A stretch of 64,000 nt of DNA from Octopus vulgaris (GCA_951406725.2 OX597842.1:12152001-12216000), one strand, 5' to 3'; counted from the first letter of the stretch, positions 25,128 through 40,692 are shown. The notes: generated from the sequence alone by a model not told the origin. Numbers and translations are program-made.

Positions 25128-25699
25128 TTATGTATAAAATTATATCCTCAGCCGAAAGAGCTACTAATGATTTCATGCCATTATGATACTTGAACAGGCA
25201 TATTTGAAAAAGGAGAATTGTTTGTGTGTGTGTGCGTGTGTGTTTATATGTATGCATGTATACGTATATGCAATTATATATGTGCGTGTCTGTGTGCGTG
25301 TGCGTACGAGTGTGTGTGAGCATGTGCGCGTGCACGTGTGTGTGTGCGTGCGTATATATGTGTTTGTGTGCGTGTATCTTTGTGTGTTATCCTACACCTT
25401 GGCAACCAGTGTTGGTTTGTTGACGTCCCTGTAAGTAATCGGTTCTGCACAAGAGACCGACAGAATAAGTACAAAAGATCTTTCAAATAATCCCCGTGGT
25501 CGATGTGGTCAACAAAAATATCCTTAAGCCAGTGCCCCAGCCTGGCCGAGGCACCTTCAGTCAATGAGTGAAACAAGTAAAAGATAGAATATAATAAACA
25601 CATGCATACCAACCGTGACATTCACCTTTTAAAATTCTCACTCTTTCATATTTCCATGCTATCATGTTCTGTCACTCTCAGGACACGAAACCGTGCCGC

Positions 25700-25835
25700 T
25701 GTAACACGTTACCTTATTCATTTTAAGGGTTTCTGCCCGTCAATCTTTTCCGTTCTCTCTTCCTGAGAGGATCCTGGAAGTAACGTTTTGAAGTAAACCC
25801 TTGGCAGGGTCCTGTCAATAGCAGCCGTCGTTACA
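25700..25835 (+). repeat. 136-bp LTR-like repeat
   Basis: Begins TGTAAC and ends GTTACA. No TSD seen. Confidence 0.6.
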
Positions 25836-26039
25836 CTTTCAACTTAGATTCCCAAGTGTGACCATCTGAAATTCTAGATGTTATCCAACAATCTTGTTTT
25901 GGTCAAACCCTGTATCTCGTGCAATTTGCCTACTTCAAGAAGCCCTCTTGCGATTTTTACCTGCAAATTTCTAGTCGGATGTTCGTAGTACAGGAGCTGT
26001 AAACTCTCAATGCAGAGAAGTCATGGTTCGAACTGAAGA

Positions 26040-26345
26040 GGCCATGGATAATATCCTGAGACCATGGATAGTATCCTGAGACAATGGATAATTTTCTGAG
26101 ACCATGAATAATATCCAGCCATCTTATTCTTGGAGTACCTCTGGATCTCTTGTCCGTTGCCTCGGCTTGAAGAATCTGTTTTGCGATTCTTTCCTGCGAC
26201 ATCCTAATGATATGTCTGTAGAACCAGAGTTGTGGTCTTTCAGCGCAAAGAATTTGCGATTCGTCCTTAACAGACTCCCCAAGATTATGGATATCATCCA
26301 AGCATCTAATACTTGGTAAACCCACTGACCCTCCAACCGTTGGTT
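26040..26345 (-). mobile_element. Degenerate RTE-like LINE 3' fragment
   Basis: LWFYRHIIRMSQERIAKQIL..RSRGTPRIRWLDII. Ends in ~20-bp tandem repeats. Confidence 0.6.
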
Positions 26346-26669
26346 CGACTTGAAGAATCCGTCTTGGAATTCTTCCCAGGAATATTCTAATCACAGGTCC
26401 ATTGCACTGGAGCTGTAACCCCTCACTGCGGATAGTATGCATGGATGCAGTCACCCAACCGTGCATGAATTCACCCTCCCATCCATTCATCCATTCACTC
26501 ATCCATGAATATATTTCTTTCTCTATTTTCTCCTCCATCAATTCCTGGAAGAGTTGTGCGTGCAATGTCCTCAGGCACCGCCCCCATCGTGTCCTGTCAG
26601 TACCAACCATCATTACACTTTTCTCCGGGACTTCCGAGCGTGCCCAACTAAGACTATACTCTCTTAGTC

Positions 26670-26873
26670 TTTTACTCTTTTACTTGTTTCAGTCATTTGA
26701 CTGCGGCCACGCTGGAGCAGCGCCTTTAGTCGAGCAAATTGACCCCGGGACTTATTCTTTGTAAGCCAAGTACTTATTCTATCGGTCTCTTTTGCCGAAC
26801 CGCTAAGTGACGGGGACGTAAACACACCAGCATCGGTTGTCAAGCAATGCTAGGGGGACAAACACAGACACAC

Positions 26874-26950
<77 letters not shown>

Positions 26951-28460
26951 TGACAGGCTTCTTTCAGTTTCTGTCTACCAAATCCACTCACAAGGCATCG
27001 GTTGGCCCGGGGCTATAGCAGAAGACACTTGCCCAAGATGCCACGCAGTGGGACTGAACCCGGAACCATGTGGTTGGTTAGCAAGCTACTTACCACACAG
27101 CCACTCCTGCGCCTTAATATTGTCCAACCATTTTCTTCTTGGTCCACCCTTGGGCCTCCTGCCGCTTGGCTCGACTTCAAGAATCCGTCTTGCGATTCTG
27201 CTTTGTAGCATTTTAATCACATGTCTCTAATACTGGAGCCTACTACCTCACAATAAAGAGAAGTAGAGGCTCGATTTGAAGAGAGAGACTCCCTGGGACT
27301 TGCCCTCTCTCTTTTGCTCTTTTACTTGGTTCAGTCATTTGACTGTGGCCATGCTGGAGCACGACCTTTAGTCGAGCAAATCGACCCCAGGACTTATTCT
27401 TTAGAAGCCTAGTACTTATTCTATCTGTCTCTTTTTCCGAACCGCTAAGTTGCGGGGACGTAAACACACCAGCATCGGTTGTCAAGCCATGCTAGGGGGA
27501 CAAACACACACACACTCATATACATATATATATATATATATATACATATATACGACAGGCTTTTTTCAGTTTCCATCTACCAAATCCACTCACAAGGCAT
27601 TGGTCGGCTCGGGGCTATAGCAGAAGACACTTGCCCAAGATGCCACGCAGTGGGACTGAACCCGGAACCATGTGGTTGGTTAACAAGCTACTTACCACAC
27701 AGCCACTCCTGCGCCTAAATATTGTCCAACCATTTTCTTCAGGACTTATTCTTTAGGACTTATTCTTTAGAAGCCTAGTACTTATTCTATCTGTCTCTTT
27801 TGCCGAACCGCTAAGTTGCGGGCACGTAAACACACCACCATCGGTTGTCAATCGATGTTGGGGAGACAAACACAGACACACAAATATATTCACACACATA
27901 CATATATACATATATAGGACGGGCTTTTTCAGTTTCCGTCTACCAAATCGCCTCACAGGGATTTGGTCGGCCCGAGACTATAGTAGAAGACACATAGCCA
28001 AGGTGTCACGCAGTGCGACTGATCCCGGAACCATGCGGTTCGTAAGCAAGCTACTTTATTTCATAAAATTTGTCATATAGACAGTACAAAGATTGCGTGG
28101 CTTTGCGGGGTTGGACAAACACATTAATGAGTGAAAATGAAATAAAATGAATAAATGAGAAACGAAACCCAACACCCGCCGATTGGATTTTTCTCGAAAA
28201 CATATTTTCTTTTTTTAAAAGTCTATATGAGGTTTCAAACCTCTTACTTAACATGTTTTGTTTTAAACACACAATTCAGTTTATAAACCTCTACAAATAG
28301 GCGCAGGAGTGGCTGTGTGGTAAGTAGCTTGCTAACCAGTCACATGGTTCCGGGTTCAGTCCCACTGCGTAGCATCTTGGGCAAGTGTCTTCTACTATAG
28401 CCCCGGGCAGATAATGCCTTGTGAGTGGATTTGGTAGACGGAAACTGAAAGAAGCCTGTC

Positions 28461-28512
<52 letters not shown>

Positions 28513-30366
28513 TCGTATATATTTGTGTGTCTGTGTTTGTCCCCCTAACATTGCTTGACAACCGATGCTGGTCGATTTGCTCAACTAAAGGCGGTGCTCC
28601 AGCATGGCCGCAGTCAAATGACTGAAACAAGTAAAAGAGTAAAGAGTAAAAGAGTATACATATATATTATATATATATATATTTGTATGTCTGTCCTTCC
28701 ACCATCACTTGACAACCCGTGTTGGTGTGTTTACGTCCCCGTAACTTTGCGGTTCAGTAAATTTGACCGATAATATAAGTACTAGGCTTACAAAGAATAA
28801 GTGCTGATGTCGATTTGTTTGACTGAAGGCGGTGCTCCAGCATGGCCACAGTCAAGCGACTGAAACAAACAAAAGAATAAAGGAATACTCTCTCTTTTAC
28901 TCTTTTACTTGTTTCAGTCATTTGACTGCGGCCATGCTGGAGCATCGCCTTTGGTCGAGCAAATCGACCCCGGGACTTATTCTTTGGAAGCCCAGTACTT
29001 ATTCTATCAGTCTCTTTTGCCGAACCGCTAGGTGGCGGGGACGTAAACACACCAGCATCGGTTGTCAAGCAATGCTAGGGGGACAAACACAGACACACAA
29101 ACACACACATACATATATATATATATATACATATATACGACAGGCTTCTTTCAGTTTCCGTCTACCAAATCCACTCACTAGTCGGCCGGGGCTATCGCAG
29201 AAGACATTTGCCCAAGATGTCACGCTGTGGGACTGAACCCAGAACCATGTGGTTGTTTAGCAAGCTACTTACCACACAGCCACTCCTGCGCCTGTTTCAT
29301 TAATGAATATTTCATTACTAATATTTTTGTGTACTTATTACGCAGTTCTTAAAATTTCAAGTCTTTGCTATTCATTTAGCGAATTCTTTCATTCTTTTCA
29401 GAAACCATCAGAATGATTATAACGTGTTTCGTATTAATTAAACGTTTAACGAAGTCAGACATTTCATTGAAGATGCGAATAATTACAGCCAGGCGGGAAG
29501 ATTATAAAATGTGCTTTTGTTTCCTCGTCTGGTGAGAACATTAAGAAGACAGGACCGGAGAGAATAGACAGAAAGTTCTTAGTATCTTGTATATGTACAC
29601 ACAGAATAATAACTATCTCCAGAGAATTCTACGACGTGTGAATGTCTTTTATTAACCAATAAATTCAGTTTTGGCTACATACAACTTCACAAACCAGTCT
29701 CTCGTATATTCTTTGAGGTGTCGACATTGGTTTCTAGCAGCTAGTACGGACTTGCATCTCTTTGTTATGTCGAGGAATAGACATCTATTCATAGACCATA
29801 CAACCCTAGAACAAACGTAAATAACCTCAACTTGAGAACTCTGGTATTCACAATCTGTTTTCCGATATATTCTCTCGAGCGTCGACATTTCTTTCAAGCC
29901 GACATTTTATTTGTATCCATCCTTTGTTATGGAATGGAACGGACGTTTATTCACAGGCGCAGCAGTGGCTGTGTGGTAAGTAGCTTGCTTACCAACCACA
30001 TGCTTCCGGGTTCAGTCCCACTGTGTGGCACCTTGGGCAAGTGTCTTCTACTATAGCCTCGGGCCGACCAAAGCCTTGTGAGTGGATTTGGTAGACGGAA
30101 ACTGAAAAGAAGCCCGTCGTATATATGTATGTATATGTGTATATGCGTGTGTGTGTTTGTTTATCTGTGTTTGTCCCCCTTGCATTGCTTGACAACCGAT
30201 GCTGGTGTGTTTACGCCCCCGTAACTTAACGGTTCGGCAAAAGAGACCGATAGAATAAGTACTGGGCTTACAAAAGAATAAGTCCCGGGGTCGAGTTGCT
30301 CGATTAAAGGCGATGCTCCAGCATGGCCGCAGTCAAATGACTGAAACAAGTAAAAGAGAGAGAGAG
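26670..30366. mobile_element. Cluster of about seven SINE family 1 copies in both orientations
   Basis: Approx. 26670-27113(-), 27305-27715(-), 27740-28055(-), 28300-28655(+), 28700-28885(+), 28890-29292(-), 29956-30366(+). Confidence 0.85.
29695..29805 (-). CDS. Candidate internal exon (111 bp, phase 2-2)
   Basis: Acceptor tttgttctAG, donor TG|GTTTGT. Encodes VVWSMNRCLFLDITKRCKSVLAARNQCRHLKEYTRDW. Confidence 0.35.
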
Positions 30367-30624
30367 TATCATTTATAGTTTGAATTTTACTTATCTCAGT
30401 GATATATCACCGTGGCCATTCTGGGGCACCGCCATCAAGAATTTTTTTTTTGGTTCTTGTGCAATGAATCAATCCCAGTACTGACTATTTATCAAGTCTG
30501 GTACTTATTCAGTCAGTTTCTCTTGCCGAACCGCTAGATTACGAAGACGTAAATACAGCAACTCCGATTGTTAAGCGGTGTTGCGTGTGTATATATATAT
30601 ATGTATATATGCGTATATATATAT

Positions 30625-30745
<121 letters not shown>

Positions 30746-30904
30746 TGTGTATATGTATGTATATATATATATCAATATATATATGTATATATATATTCAA
30801 AATGTGACCTCGTGTGTACCGTTGGCGATTTTTTTTCCTCTCTCTTCCCTTCTCTGGATCTTTCCTTCTCCTATGTTTCCGACGAAATATATATGTATAT
30901 ATGC

Positions 30905-30965
<61 letters not shown>

Positions 30966-31021
30966 TGTGTATATGTATATATATATATCAATATATATAT
31001 GTATATATATGTCTATATATA

Positions 31022-31237
31022 TTCAAAATGTGACCTCGTGTGTACCGTTGGCGATTTTTTCCCTCTGTCTTCCCTTCTCTGGATCTTTCCTTCTCCTATG
31101 TTTCCGACGAAGAGCTCCGCTCGAAACGTTAAACCCTCCTTTTTCCCGTCCTTCCTGAGCGTCCAATAATACTATACTTGTTCCACGTCCTCGCGTTGTT
31201 GTGTTTTTTTGTGCTTTCTTGTTTGGATTAACCTTAT
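31022..31237 (+). mobile_element. PLE pseudo-LTR family B with minimal HHR motif (31100-31134); a truncated duplicate lies at 30797-30887
   Basis: GTTT-CCGACGA-A-GAGC-TCC-GCTC-GAAACGT-T-AAAC, flanked by TA tracts. Confidence 0.7.
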
Positions 31238-31579
31238 ATATATATATATATATATATATACGGCGGGCTTTCCATCTACCAAATCCACTCCTGATGCTTT
31301 GGTCGGAATGAAGCTGTTCTCGAAGACACCTGCACAAGGTGGCACAGAGTGAGACTGGCACCGGAACCGCGTCCTCTAGAAAGAAACTTCTTCCTACACA
31401 ACCACGTCTGCGCCTTTTATTAATAAAAATAAGATTAAAACACGGCGAGAAACTCCAGAACCCTTACGCAGATAATGGCGGTCTTTCCAACCCGAACCGA
31501 TTCCAAACTCTGGTGGTTCACAAGACAAGGAGAATAAAAACGATGACAGAGAGGCAAGAATATGATTCTTTTATTCTTT

Positions 31580-31808
31580 TATTCTTTTACTTGTTTCATT
31601 CATTTGACTGCGGCCATGCTGGAGCACCGCCTTTAGTCGAGCAAATCGACCCCAGGATTTATTCTCTGGAAGCCTAGTACTTACTCTATCGGTCTCTCTT
31701 GCCGAACCGCTAAGTGACGGGGACGTAAACGCACCAGCATCGGTTGTCAAGCGATGTTTGTGGGACTAACACAGACACACGAATATATATATACACATAC
31801 ATACATAC

Positions 31809-31896
<88 letters not shown>

Positions 31897-32058
31897 GAAG
31901 GGCTTCTTTCAGTTTCCATCTACCGAATCCACCGACAAGGCTTTGGTCGCTCCAAGGCTAACGTAGAAGACACTTGCCCAAGGTGCCACACAATGGGACA
32001 GAACCCAGAACCACGTTGTTGGAAAGTAAGCTTTTTACCACACAGCCACTCCTGGGCC
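31580..32058 (-). mobile_element. SINE family 1, diverged
   Basis: Reverse-complement match to the consensus. Confidence 0.8.
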
Positions 32059-32211
32059 TATTTATATATATATGTGTCTGTGTATGTATGTGCGTGCGTG
32101 TATGAATGTGTATTTGTGTGTGTGTGTGTGTATGTATATACACACGCACACAGAGGCACACACAAATATATATATATATATGCATATATACATACACAAA
32201 CATATATATAC

Positions 32212-32630
<419 letters not shown>

Positions 32631-32649
32631 TATATATATATATATGCCG

Positions 32650-33585
32650 GAATCACTAAGAAGTTGGGCCAAATGCTTATTGGCGTTTCTTGCGTCTTTA
32701 CGTTGTAAGTTCAAATTCCACTGAGGTCGACTCAGCTTTTCAATATTTCGGACTCAATAAAATAAATGCTAGGGGAGAACTGGGGGCTACGTAAATAACT
32801 TGGTTCCTCCCTAGGTTCAAATTCCGCCGAGGTCTGCTTTGCCTTTTATCCTTTTGGTTCGATAAATTAAGTACCAGTTGCTTACTGGGGTCGATATATT
32901 CGATTAGTCCCCTCCCCAAAATTTCGGACCTTGTGCCTATAATAGAAAGGATTATTAAGGCTTCGACCTGGCAGAGTCGTTAGCACGCCGGGCGAAATGC
33001 TTAGCTGTATCTCGCCCGTCGCTAGGTTGTGAGTTCAAATTCCGTCGAGGTCGGCTTTTCCTTTTATCCTTTCGGAGTCGATAAATTAAGTACCAGTTGC
33101 TTACTGGGTCGATCTAATCGACTGTCCTCCTCCCCTCAAATTTCGGGCCTTGTGCCTAGAGTACGGCAGAATCGTTAGAACGTCGGACCAAGGCCTTAGC
33201 TGTATTCCTTGCGAAATTATGTTTTAAGTTCAAATTCCACGGAGGTCAACTTTGCCTTTCAATATTTCAGGGTCGATAAAATAAATACCTATTTCTTTAT
33301 TACCCACAAGGGGCTAAACATAGAGGGGACAAACAAGGACAGACATAGGTATTAAGTCGATTACATCGAACCCAGTGCGTAACTGGTACTTTAATTTATC
33401 GACCCCGAAAGGATGAAAGGCAAAGTCGACCTCGGCGGAATTTGAACTCAGAACGTAACGGCAGACGCAATACCGCAAAGCATTTCGCCCGGCGTGCTAA
33501 CGTTTCTGCCAGCTCGTCGCCTTTTAAAATAAATACCAGTGAACTACTGGGGATCGATGTAATCGAATTTACGCGTCCCCTGCGT
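32650..33585. mobile_element. Nested cluster of SINE family 2 copies
   Basis: Several + strand diverged copies and a younger - strand copy at ~33288-33522. Confidence 0.8.
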
Positions 33586-33618
33586 GTCCCCCAAATTAGA
33601 AATTGCTACTTTTTGTAA

Positions 33619-33882
33619 ATGTGGAGGCGCCTGGTTTAGTGGTTAGGGTGTTGGACTCATGATTGTAAGATTGTGGTTTCGATTCCAGGGCCGGGCGACG
33701 AGTTGTGTTCTTGAGCAAGACACTTTATTTCACGTTGCTCCAGTCCACTCAGCTGGCAAAAATGAGTTAACGCTGCGATGGACTGGTGTCCCGTCCAGCT
33801 GAGGAAAACATGCGCCATAGAAACCGGGAATCCGGGCCCATGAGCCTGGCTAGGCTTTAAAAGGGCGCATTTATTTATTTAT
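33619..33882 (+). mobile_element. SINE family 3 (tRNA-like head) with a 16-bp TSD
   Basis: TGGTTTAGTGG and GGTTTCGATTCC boxes, (TTTA)n tail, TSD ttgctactttttgtaa at 33603 and 33883. A head fragment also occurs at ~50390. Confidence 0.85.
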
Positions 33883-34192
33883 TTGCTACTTTTTGTAACT
33901 AAAATGAAAACGTTTTGCCTCTTATGTATTTATCTGTGACATCATTCGGTGCGTTGATTGTACAAAGAGATGCAATCTGGAGGCAATTACACTTTTAAAA
34001 TCACCACCACCACCACCACCACCACCACCACCGCAACCACCACCACCGCAACCACCATCATCATCATCATCATCATCTCCAGCGACAACATCTTCATTGC
34101 TGTTAATGCGAATGCTGCTGCTGTTGTTGTTGTTGTTGTTGTTATTAATATTATTAATAATGATTATGCGATTATGATAATTGTTATTACTA

Positions 34193-34227
<35 letters not shown>

Positions 34228-34341
34228 TTTATTTGCATTGGAAATATCAATAAAAATTTTGATTTAATTAAGAATATTAATAAAATCTATACGAATTACA
34301 AAGAAAAATCGATATAAGTAAATACACAGAATTACTACATA

Positions 34342-34466
<125 letters not shown>

Positions 34467-34541
34467 AGTATACATGTATGCATGTATATTTATGTGTGTA
34501 TATATATATTTATATCCCTGGATGTATGGAAGAATATACAT

Positions 34542-34612
<71 letters not shown>

Positions 34613-35088
34613 CACATACATGAATACGCCCAAAAACAAATGAAAATTATTGGTTATTAATTAAATTTATTAATGGCTTCTGAGATCGATAATTATAAAG
34701 ATAAGAAAAAATAGAAAATAGAAAAAAAAAAATTAATAATACAAATAGTGAAATAGAAAAAAAAATATATATATATAAGATAAAAAAAACCCAATAAAAA
34801 TCCAAAGATCGAAAATTCAATTCGGTGTCAAAAGAGATTTGATCTCTGACCCTCCATGTTTACATAAACCACTTAGCTATATTGGTTTATTAGCGGTTTA
34901 CAGGGCCGTGATAGTTATGGCACGAGTTGTTGTTGCCATTATTGTCATCGTCATCGTCGTCGTCGTCGTCGTCGTCATCTTGGAAGATGTTGTTGGTGTT
35001 GTTGTTGTGGGTGAAGATGAAGGTGGCATTGGTGGTGCGGCGGTGACGCTTTTCCGTTTTAAAAGATTTCAGAATATTACGTTTTTGC

Positions 35089-35110
35089 AAATAATAATAA
35101 TAACGATAAC

Positions 35111-35175
<65 letters not shown>

Positions 35176-35228
35176 TGATAATAATAATAATGATAATAGT
35201 AATAATAATAGTAATAATAATAATAATA

Positions 35229-35274
<46 letters not shown>

Positions 35275-35327
35275 TGATAATAATAATAATGATAATAGTA
35301 ATAATAATAGTAATAATAATAATAATA

Positions 35328-35375
<48 letters not shown>

Positions 35376-35441
35376 GTAATAATGATAATGATAATAATAA
35401 TAATAGTAATAATAATAATGATAATAACAATAATAATAATA

Positions 35442-35478
<37 letters not shown>

Positions 35479-35566
35479 TAATAATAATAATAACAACAAC
35501 AATAATAATAATGATAACAATAATAATAGTAATAATAATAATAACAATAATAATAATAACAACAAC

Positions 35567-35615
<49 letters not shown>

Positions 35616-35660
35616 GTAATAAAAATGATGATGATGATGATGATGATAATAATGATAATT
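35089..35660. repeat. (AAT)n compound microsatellite
   Basis: Read directly from the sequence. Confidence 0.95.
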
Positions 35661-35836
35661 TCGCTGATGTTTTCAGATAGCATTGCTTCGTAATGTAATG
35701 GGTGTATATAGGTGAGTGTATAAACATGCATGCGTGTGTAAGTGTAACACTGTATGTGCGCGCGTGTGTGTGAGTGTGTGTGAGTGTGTGGTGGGGTGTT
35801 GCGGGTGCACATATCTGTGAACATACATATGTGTAG

Positions 35837-35912
<76 letters not shown>

Positions 35913-36012
35913 ACACGTTTGTACATATACGTATATGAATATTAAAAAAGAAAAGGCGGGAGAATAAAGAGGAACAGGAAGTGAAACAGAGAGAGAGGGG
36001 CACATGCACATG

Positions 36013-36058
<46 letters not shown>

Positions 36059-36060
<2 letters not shown>

Positions 36061-36485
36061 CGCAGGAGTGGCTGTGTGGTAAGTAGCTTGCTAACCAACC
36101 ACATGGTTCCGGGTTCAGTCCCACTGCGTGGCATCTTGGGCAAGTGTCTTCTGCTATAGCCTCGGGCCGACCAAAGTCTTGTGAGTGGATTTGGTAGACG
36201 GAAACTGAAAGAAGACGGTCGTATATATGTATATATATATATATTTATGTGTGTGTGTGTGCATATGTTTGTGTGTCTGTGTTTGTCCCCCTAGCATTGC
36301 TTGACAACCGATGCTGGTGTGTTTACGTCCCCGTCACTTAGCGGTTCGGCAAAAAGAGACCGATAGAATAAGTACTGGGCTTACAAAGAATAAGTCCCGG
36401 GGTCGAGCTGCTCGATTAAAGGCGGTGCTCCAGCATGGCCGCAGTCAAATGACTGAAACAAGTAAAAGAGTAAAAGAGTAAAAGA
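36059..36485 (+). mobile_element. SINE family 1
   Basis: Full-length copy. Confidence 0.9.
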
Positions 36486-36656
36486 TATATATATATATAT
36501 GCTTGTTTGCCAATCTGTTTGTCTTTCTGCCTTTCTGTCTGTATATATGGGTATATATGCATGTATATGTCTATCTATATTTATGCCCATATCACTCTAT
36601 CTACTTATTTATCTCTCCCGTTTTATCCTACTCCCTCTCTCTCTATCTCTGTTTGT

Positions 36657-36718
<62 letters not shown>

Positions 36719-36970
36719 ATATCTGTCTATTTATCAATCTGTCCTTTATTGTTTTCATAATATATCTATACATCTGATTTTCTTGTATATGTACATATGT
36801 ATGTATGTGTGTATGTATGAATGCATGCATGTATATATGTATGTATCTATCTATCTCTCTCTATATATATCTTTCTTTTTTCTCTCTCTCTCTCTCTCTC
36901 TCGATATATATATATATATATATATAAATGAAAGAATGGAGTTGAACGACGAATTAACAAAATTCCTTTA

Positions 36971-37053
36971 TTCTCGACATATGTTTCGAAAGCTGCATAT
37001 TCCTAATTTCGAAGGAATAAGGGGTGCATTATGCCGCCTTCTCATCAGGAAAA
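36971..37053 (-). ncRNA. Type I hammerhead ribozyme (family C, within pLTR fragment 36925-37106)
   Basis: Reverse complement: TTTTC-CTGATGA-GAAGGC...GCTTTC-GAAA-CATATG-TC-GAGAA. Palindromic stem III CAUAUG, GUC triplet, long stem II. Confidence 0.8.
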
Positions 37054-37289
37054 ACAAGGAACTTATGTCAGCATGAAGATGAACAAAAACTTTTAGATGA
37101 CTGCCCATATATATATATTAGTTTGTTCCTTCTCGAGCCATGCCTGGCTCATAAGGGCCGGTTTCCCGGTTTCCTTGGCATATAGGTTCCCCACCTGGAC
37201 GGGACATCGGTCCGTCCCAGGTAAGCTGCAAAATGCAGGAGGAAAGTGTGAGAGAAAGTTGTGGCGAAAGAGTCAGCAGAAGTTCGCCA

Positions 37290-38851
37290 TTACTTATTCT
37301 TTTGTAAGCCTATTACTAATTCTATCGGTCATTTTTTTGCCGATCCACTAAGTTACGGGGACGTAAACACACCAACATCGATTTCAAGACTGCGGCCATG
37401 CTGGAGTACCGCCTTTTTTAGTGGAGCAAATCGACCCCAGGACTTATTCTATGTAAGTCTAGTACTTATTCTATCGATTTCTTTTGCCGAACTGATAAGT
37501 TACGGGGACGTAAACACACCAACATTGGTTGTTAAGTGATGTTGGGGAGACAAACACAGACACACAAACATACACACATATACAGACACACACATATATA
37601 TATATACATATATACGACGGGCTTCTTTCAGTTTCCATCTACCAAATCCACTCACAAGGCTTTGGTCGGCCCGAGGCTATAGTAGAAGATAATTGCCCAA
37701 GGTGCCACGCAGTGGATCTGAACCCGGAACCATGTGGTTCGTAAGCAAGCCACTTACCACATAGCCACTCCTGCGTATTTCAACAGAGGTAAGCGTGCAT
37801 GTGTGTGTGCGTGTGTGTGTGTTTGTGTGTGTGTGTGAGTATGTGTATGTTCTCTTTTTTCTCTTTTATTCTCTTTTACTTGTTTCAGTCATTTGACTGC
37901 GGCCATGCTGGAGCACCGCCTTTAATCGAGCAACTCGACTCCGGGACTTATTTTTTTGTAAGCCCAGTACTTACTCTATCGGTCTCTTTTGACGAACCGC
38001 TAAGTAACGGGGACATAAACACACCAGCATCGGTTGTCAAGCAATGCTTGGGGGGACAAACACAGACACACAAACACACACATACACATATACATATATA
38101 CGACAGACTTCTTTCAGTTTCCGCCTACCAAATCCACTCACAAGGCATTGGTTGGCCCGGGGCTATAGCTGAAGACACTTGCCCAAGGTGCCACGCAGTG
38201 GGACTGAACCCGGAACGATGTGGTTGGTTAGCAAGCTACTTACCACACAGCCACTCCTGCGCCATACATGTATGTATATATGCATATATGTGTATGTACA
38301 TATGTACGTACGCATGTATGTATGTATGATATTTGTAACGAGTAAAATTTCTAGGTTCAATATTAGGTCGAGTAAAAAGTAAGCAACGTTTGGAACGGTT
38401 TGGCATTAGACAACGATAGAATAAATATCAGGCTTAAAAAAATATTAAATATTAAATAGGTACTGCTATCGATTCATTCGGCTAAAATTCTATGCAAGTC
38501 ACTGCCCCAGCATGACCGCACTCCAAAGCCTGAAACAATAAATACGAACGGTTAAAACTAAGAGATTAAAAATTGAAGAAGATTAAAACCATCTGAGTCC
38601 ATATGTCTGACGTAGGACGACGACCCTCGCCAGCATTCAACAATTTAATTAATTATATACGCAGCTCTATAACTGACAATCTATTCAATCAAGTAATTAA
38701 AAAAAACTTTAATTAATTAGGCGCAGGAGTGGCTGTGTAGTAAGTAGCTTGCTAACCAACCACATGGTTCCGGGTTCAGTCCCACTGCTGTGCCCCGGGC
38801 CGACCAATGCCTTGTGAGTGGATTTGGAAGACGGAAACTGAAAGAAGCCCG

Positions 38852-38907
<56 letters not shown>

Positions 38908-39457
38908 GCTTGTTTACCAACCATATGGTTCCGGGTTCAGTCCCACTGCATGGCATCTTGGGCAAGTGTCTTCTACTATTGCCCCGGGCCGACCAATGCC
39001 TTGTGAGTGGATTTGGTAGACGGAAACTGAAAGAAGCCTGTCGTAGATATGTATACATATATATATATATATGCATGTGTGTGTATGTTTGTGTATCTGT
39101 GTTTGTTCCCCTAGTATAGCTTGACAACCGATGCTGGTGTGTTTACATCCCCGTCACCTAGCGGTTCGGCAAAAAATATAAATATACAGGCGTATGTACG
39201 TACATGCATACGTACATACATACACACATGTATGCATACATACACACATACATACGTACATATATATGACGAACTAACTGTTACTTTCTTAGATGCAGCA
39301 CGGATTTTTGTCAGTGAACAGGTCACGGATTTTAGCGACGAAAATATTTTGACAAATTAAACTTAAATGTTGAAGTGAATCGAACGGCTTTTGTGTGTTT
39401 CTTAAATGGCTTACAAACACCTTCCACGCTGCAATCGTAGCCCTGCCAATATACACA

Positions 39458-39515
<58 letters not shown>

Positions 39516-40550
39516 CGTATATGTAGGTAGGTTTCGGCGTATTGGTATGTGGGTATATAGGTACATAGTGATATGTGTTTATAGGTACATTTGTGTGTAT
39601 AAAAGTTTCTGGATACATGTATATGTGTGTGTGTGTGTCTGCCTGTATATATAGGTCACATGTGAACGTGTGTATATAAGTCTGTGTGGGTGTGGGTAGT
39701 TAAGTCCTGACGTAATGTAGGTTTGTAGGTACACCGGTTAGGGACTGTACATGTGAGGTCTGATCAATAAGTATCCGGACTGTTGCCATAGTAACGAAGC
39801 CAAAGCAAGCAGAGTAAGGCCACTTGGCAAAACTTGACCTCGAACTCTACTGTGCATGCACACGAAGGTTTATGTCTGTGTGTATGTGCTTGTCTGCTCA
39901 ACATCACTTGATAACCGATGCTGCTGTGTTTACGTGCACGTAACCTAGCGGTTCAGCAAAAAGAAATCGATAGTATAACTAGTAAGCTTACAAAGAATCA
40001 GTCCTGTTGTCGATTTGCTCGACTGAAGGCTCTGCTCCAACATGGCCGCAGTCAAAGTGACTGAAACAAATAGAAGAATTAAAGGATAAAAGAAAATATA
40101 TATATAGGTGTAGGAGTGGCTGTGTGGTAAGTAGCTTGCTTTCCAACCACATGGTTCCGGGCTCAGTCCCACTGCGTGGCACCGTAGGCAAGTGTCTTCT
40201 CTTATAGCCTCGGGCCGACCAAAGCCTTGTGCGTGGATTTCATAGACAGAAACTGAAAGAAGCCCATCGTATATATGTATATATATATAATATATAAAAA
40301 TAATATACACATATATATATATATATATATATAATATACATACATATATATATATATATATATGTATGTATGTGTGTGTGTATGTTTGTGCGTCTGTGTT
40401 TGTCCCCCCAAGATCACTTGACAATCCATGCTGGTTTGATGCCGATAGAATAAGTACTAGGCTTACAAAGAATAAGTCCTGGGGTCGATTTGCTCTACTA
40501 AAGGTGGTGCTTCAGCATGGCCAAAGTCAAAATGACTGAAACAATTAAGA
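37290..40550. mobile_element. SINE family 1 copies interspersed with microsatellites and other repeat fragments
   Basis: Approx. 37290-37775(-), 37860-38263(-), 38720-39175(+), 39880-40090(+), 40107-40550(+). Confidence 0.8.
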
Positions 40551-40692
40551 GAGATATACATATATACGTACGCACATACAGACACACGCACACACACACA
40601 TATGTTAAATAAAATGAGACAACAAAGCGAATGTTGTGTGGCATTTTCTGGACATTTATAAAAAGGGTTATCAATAACTCTCAATTACACAT

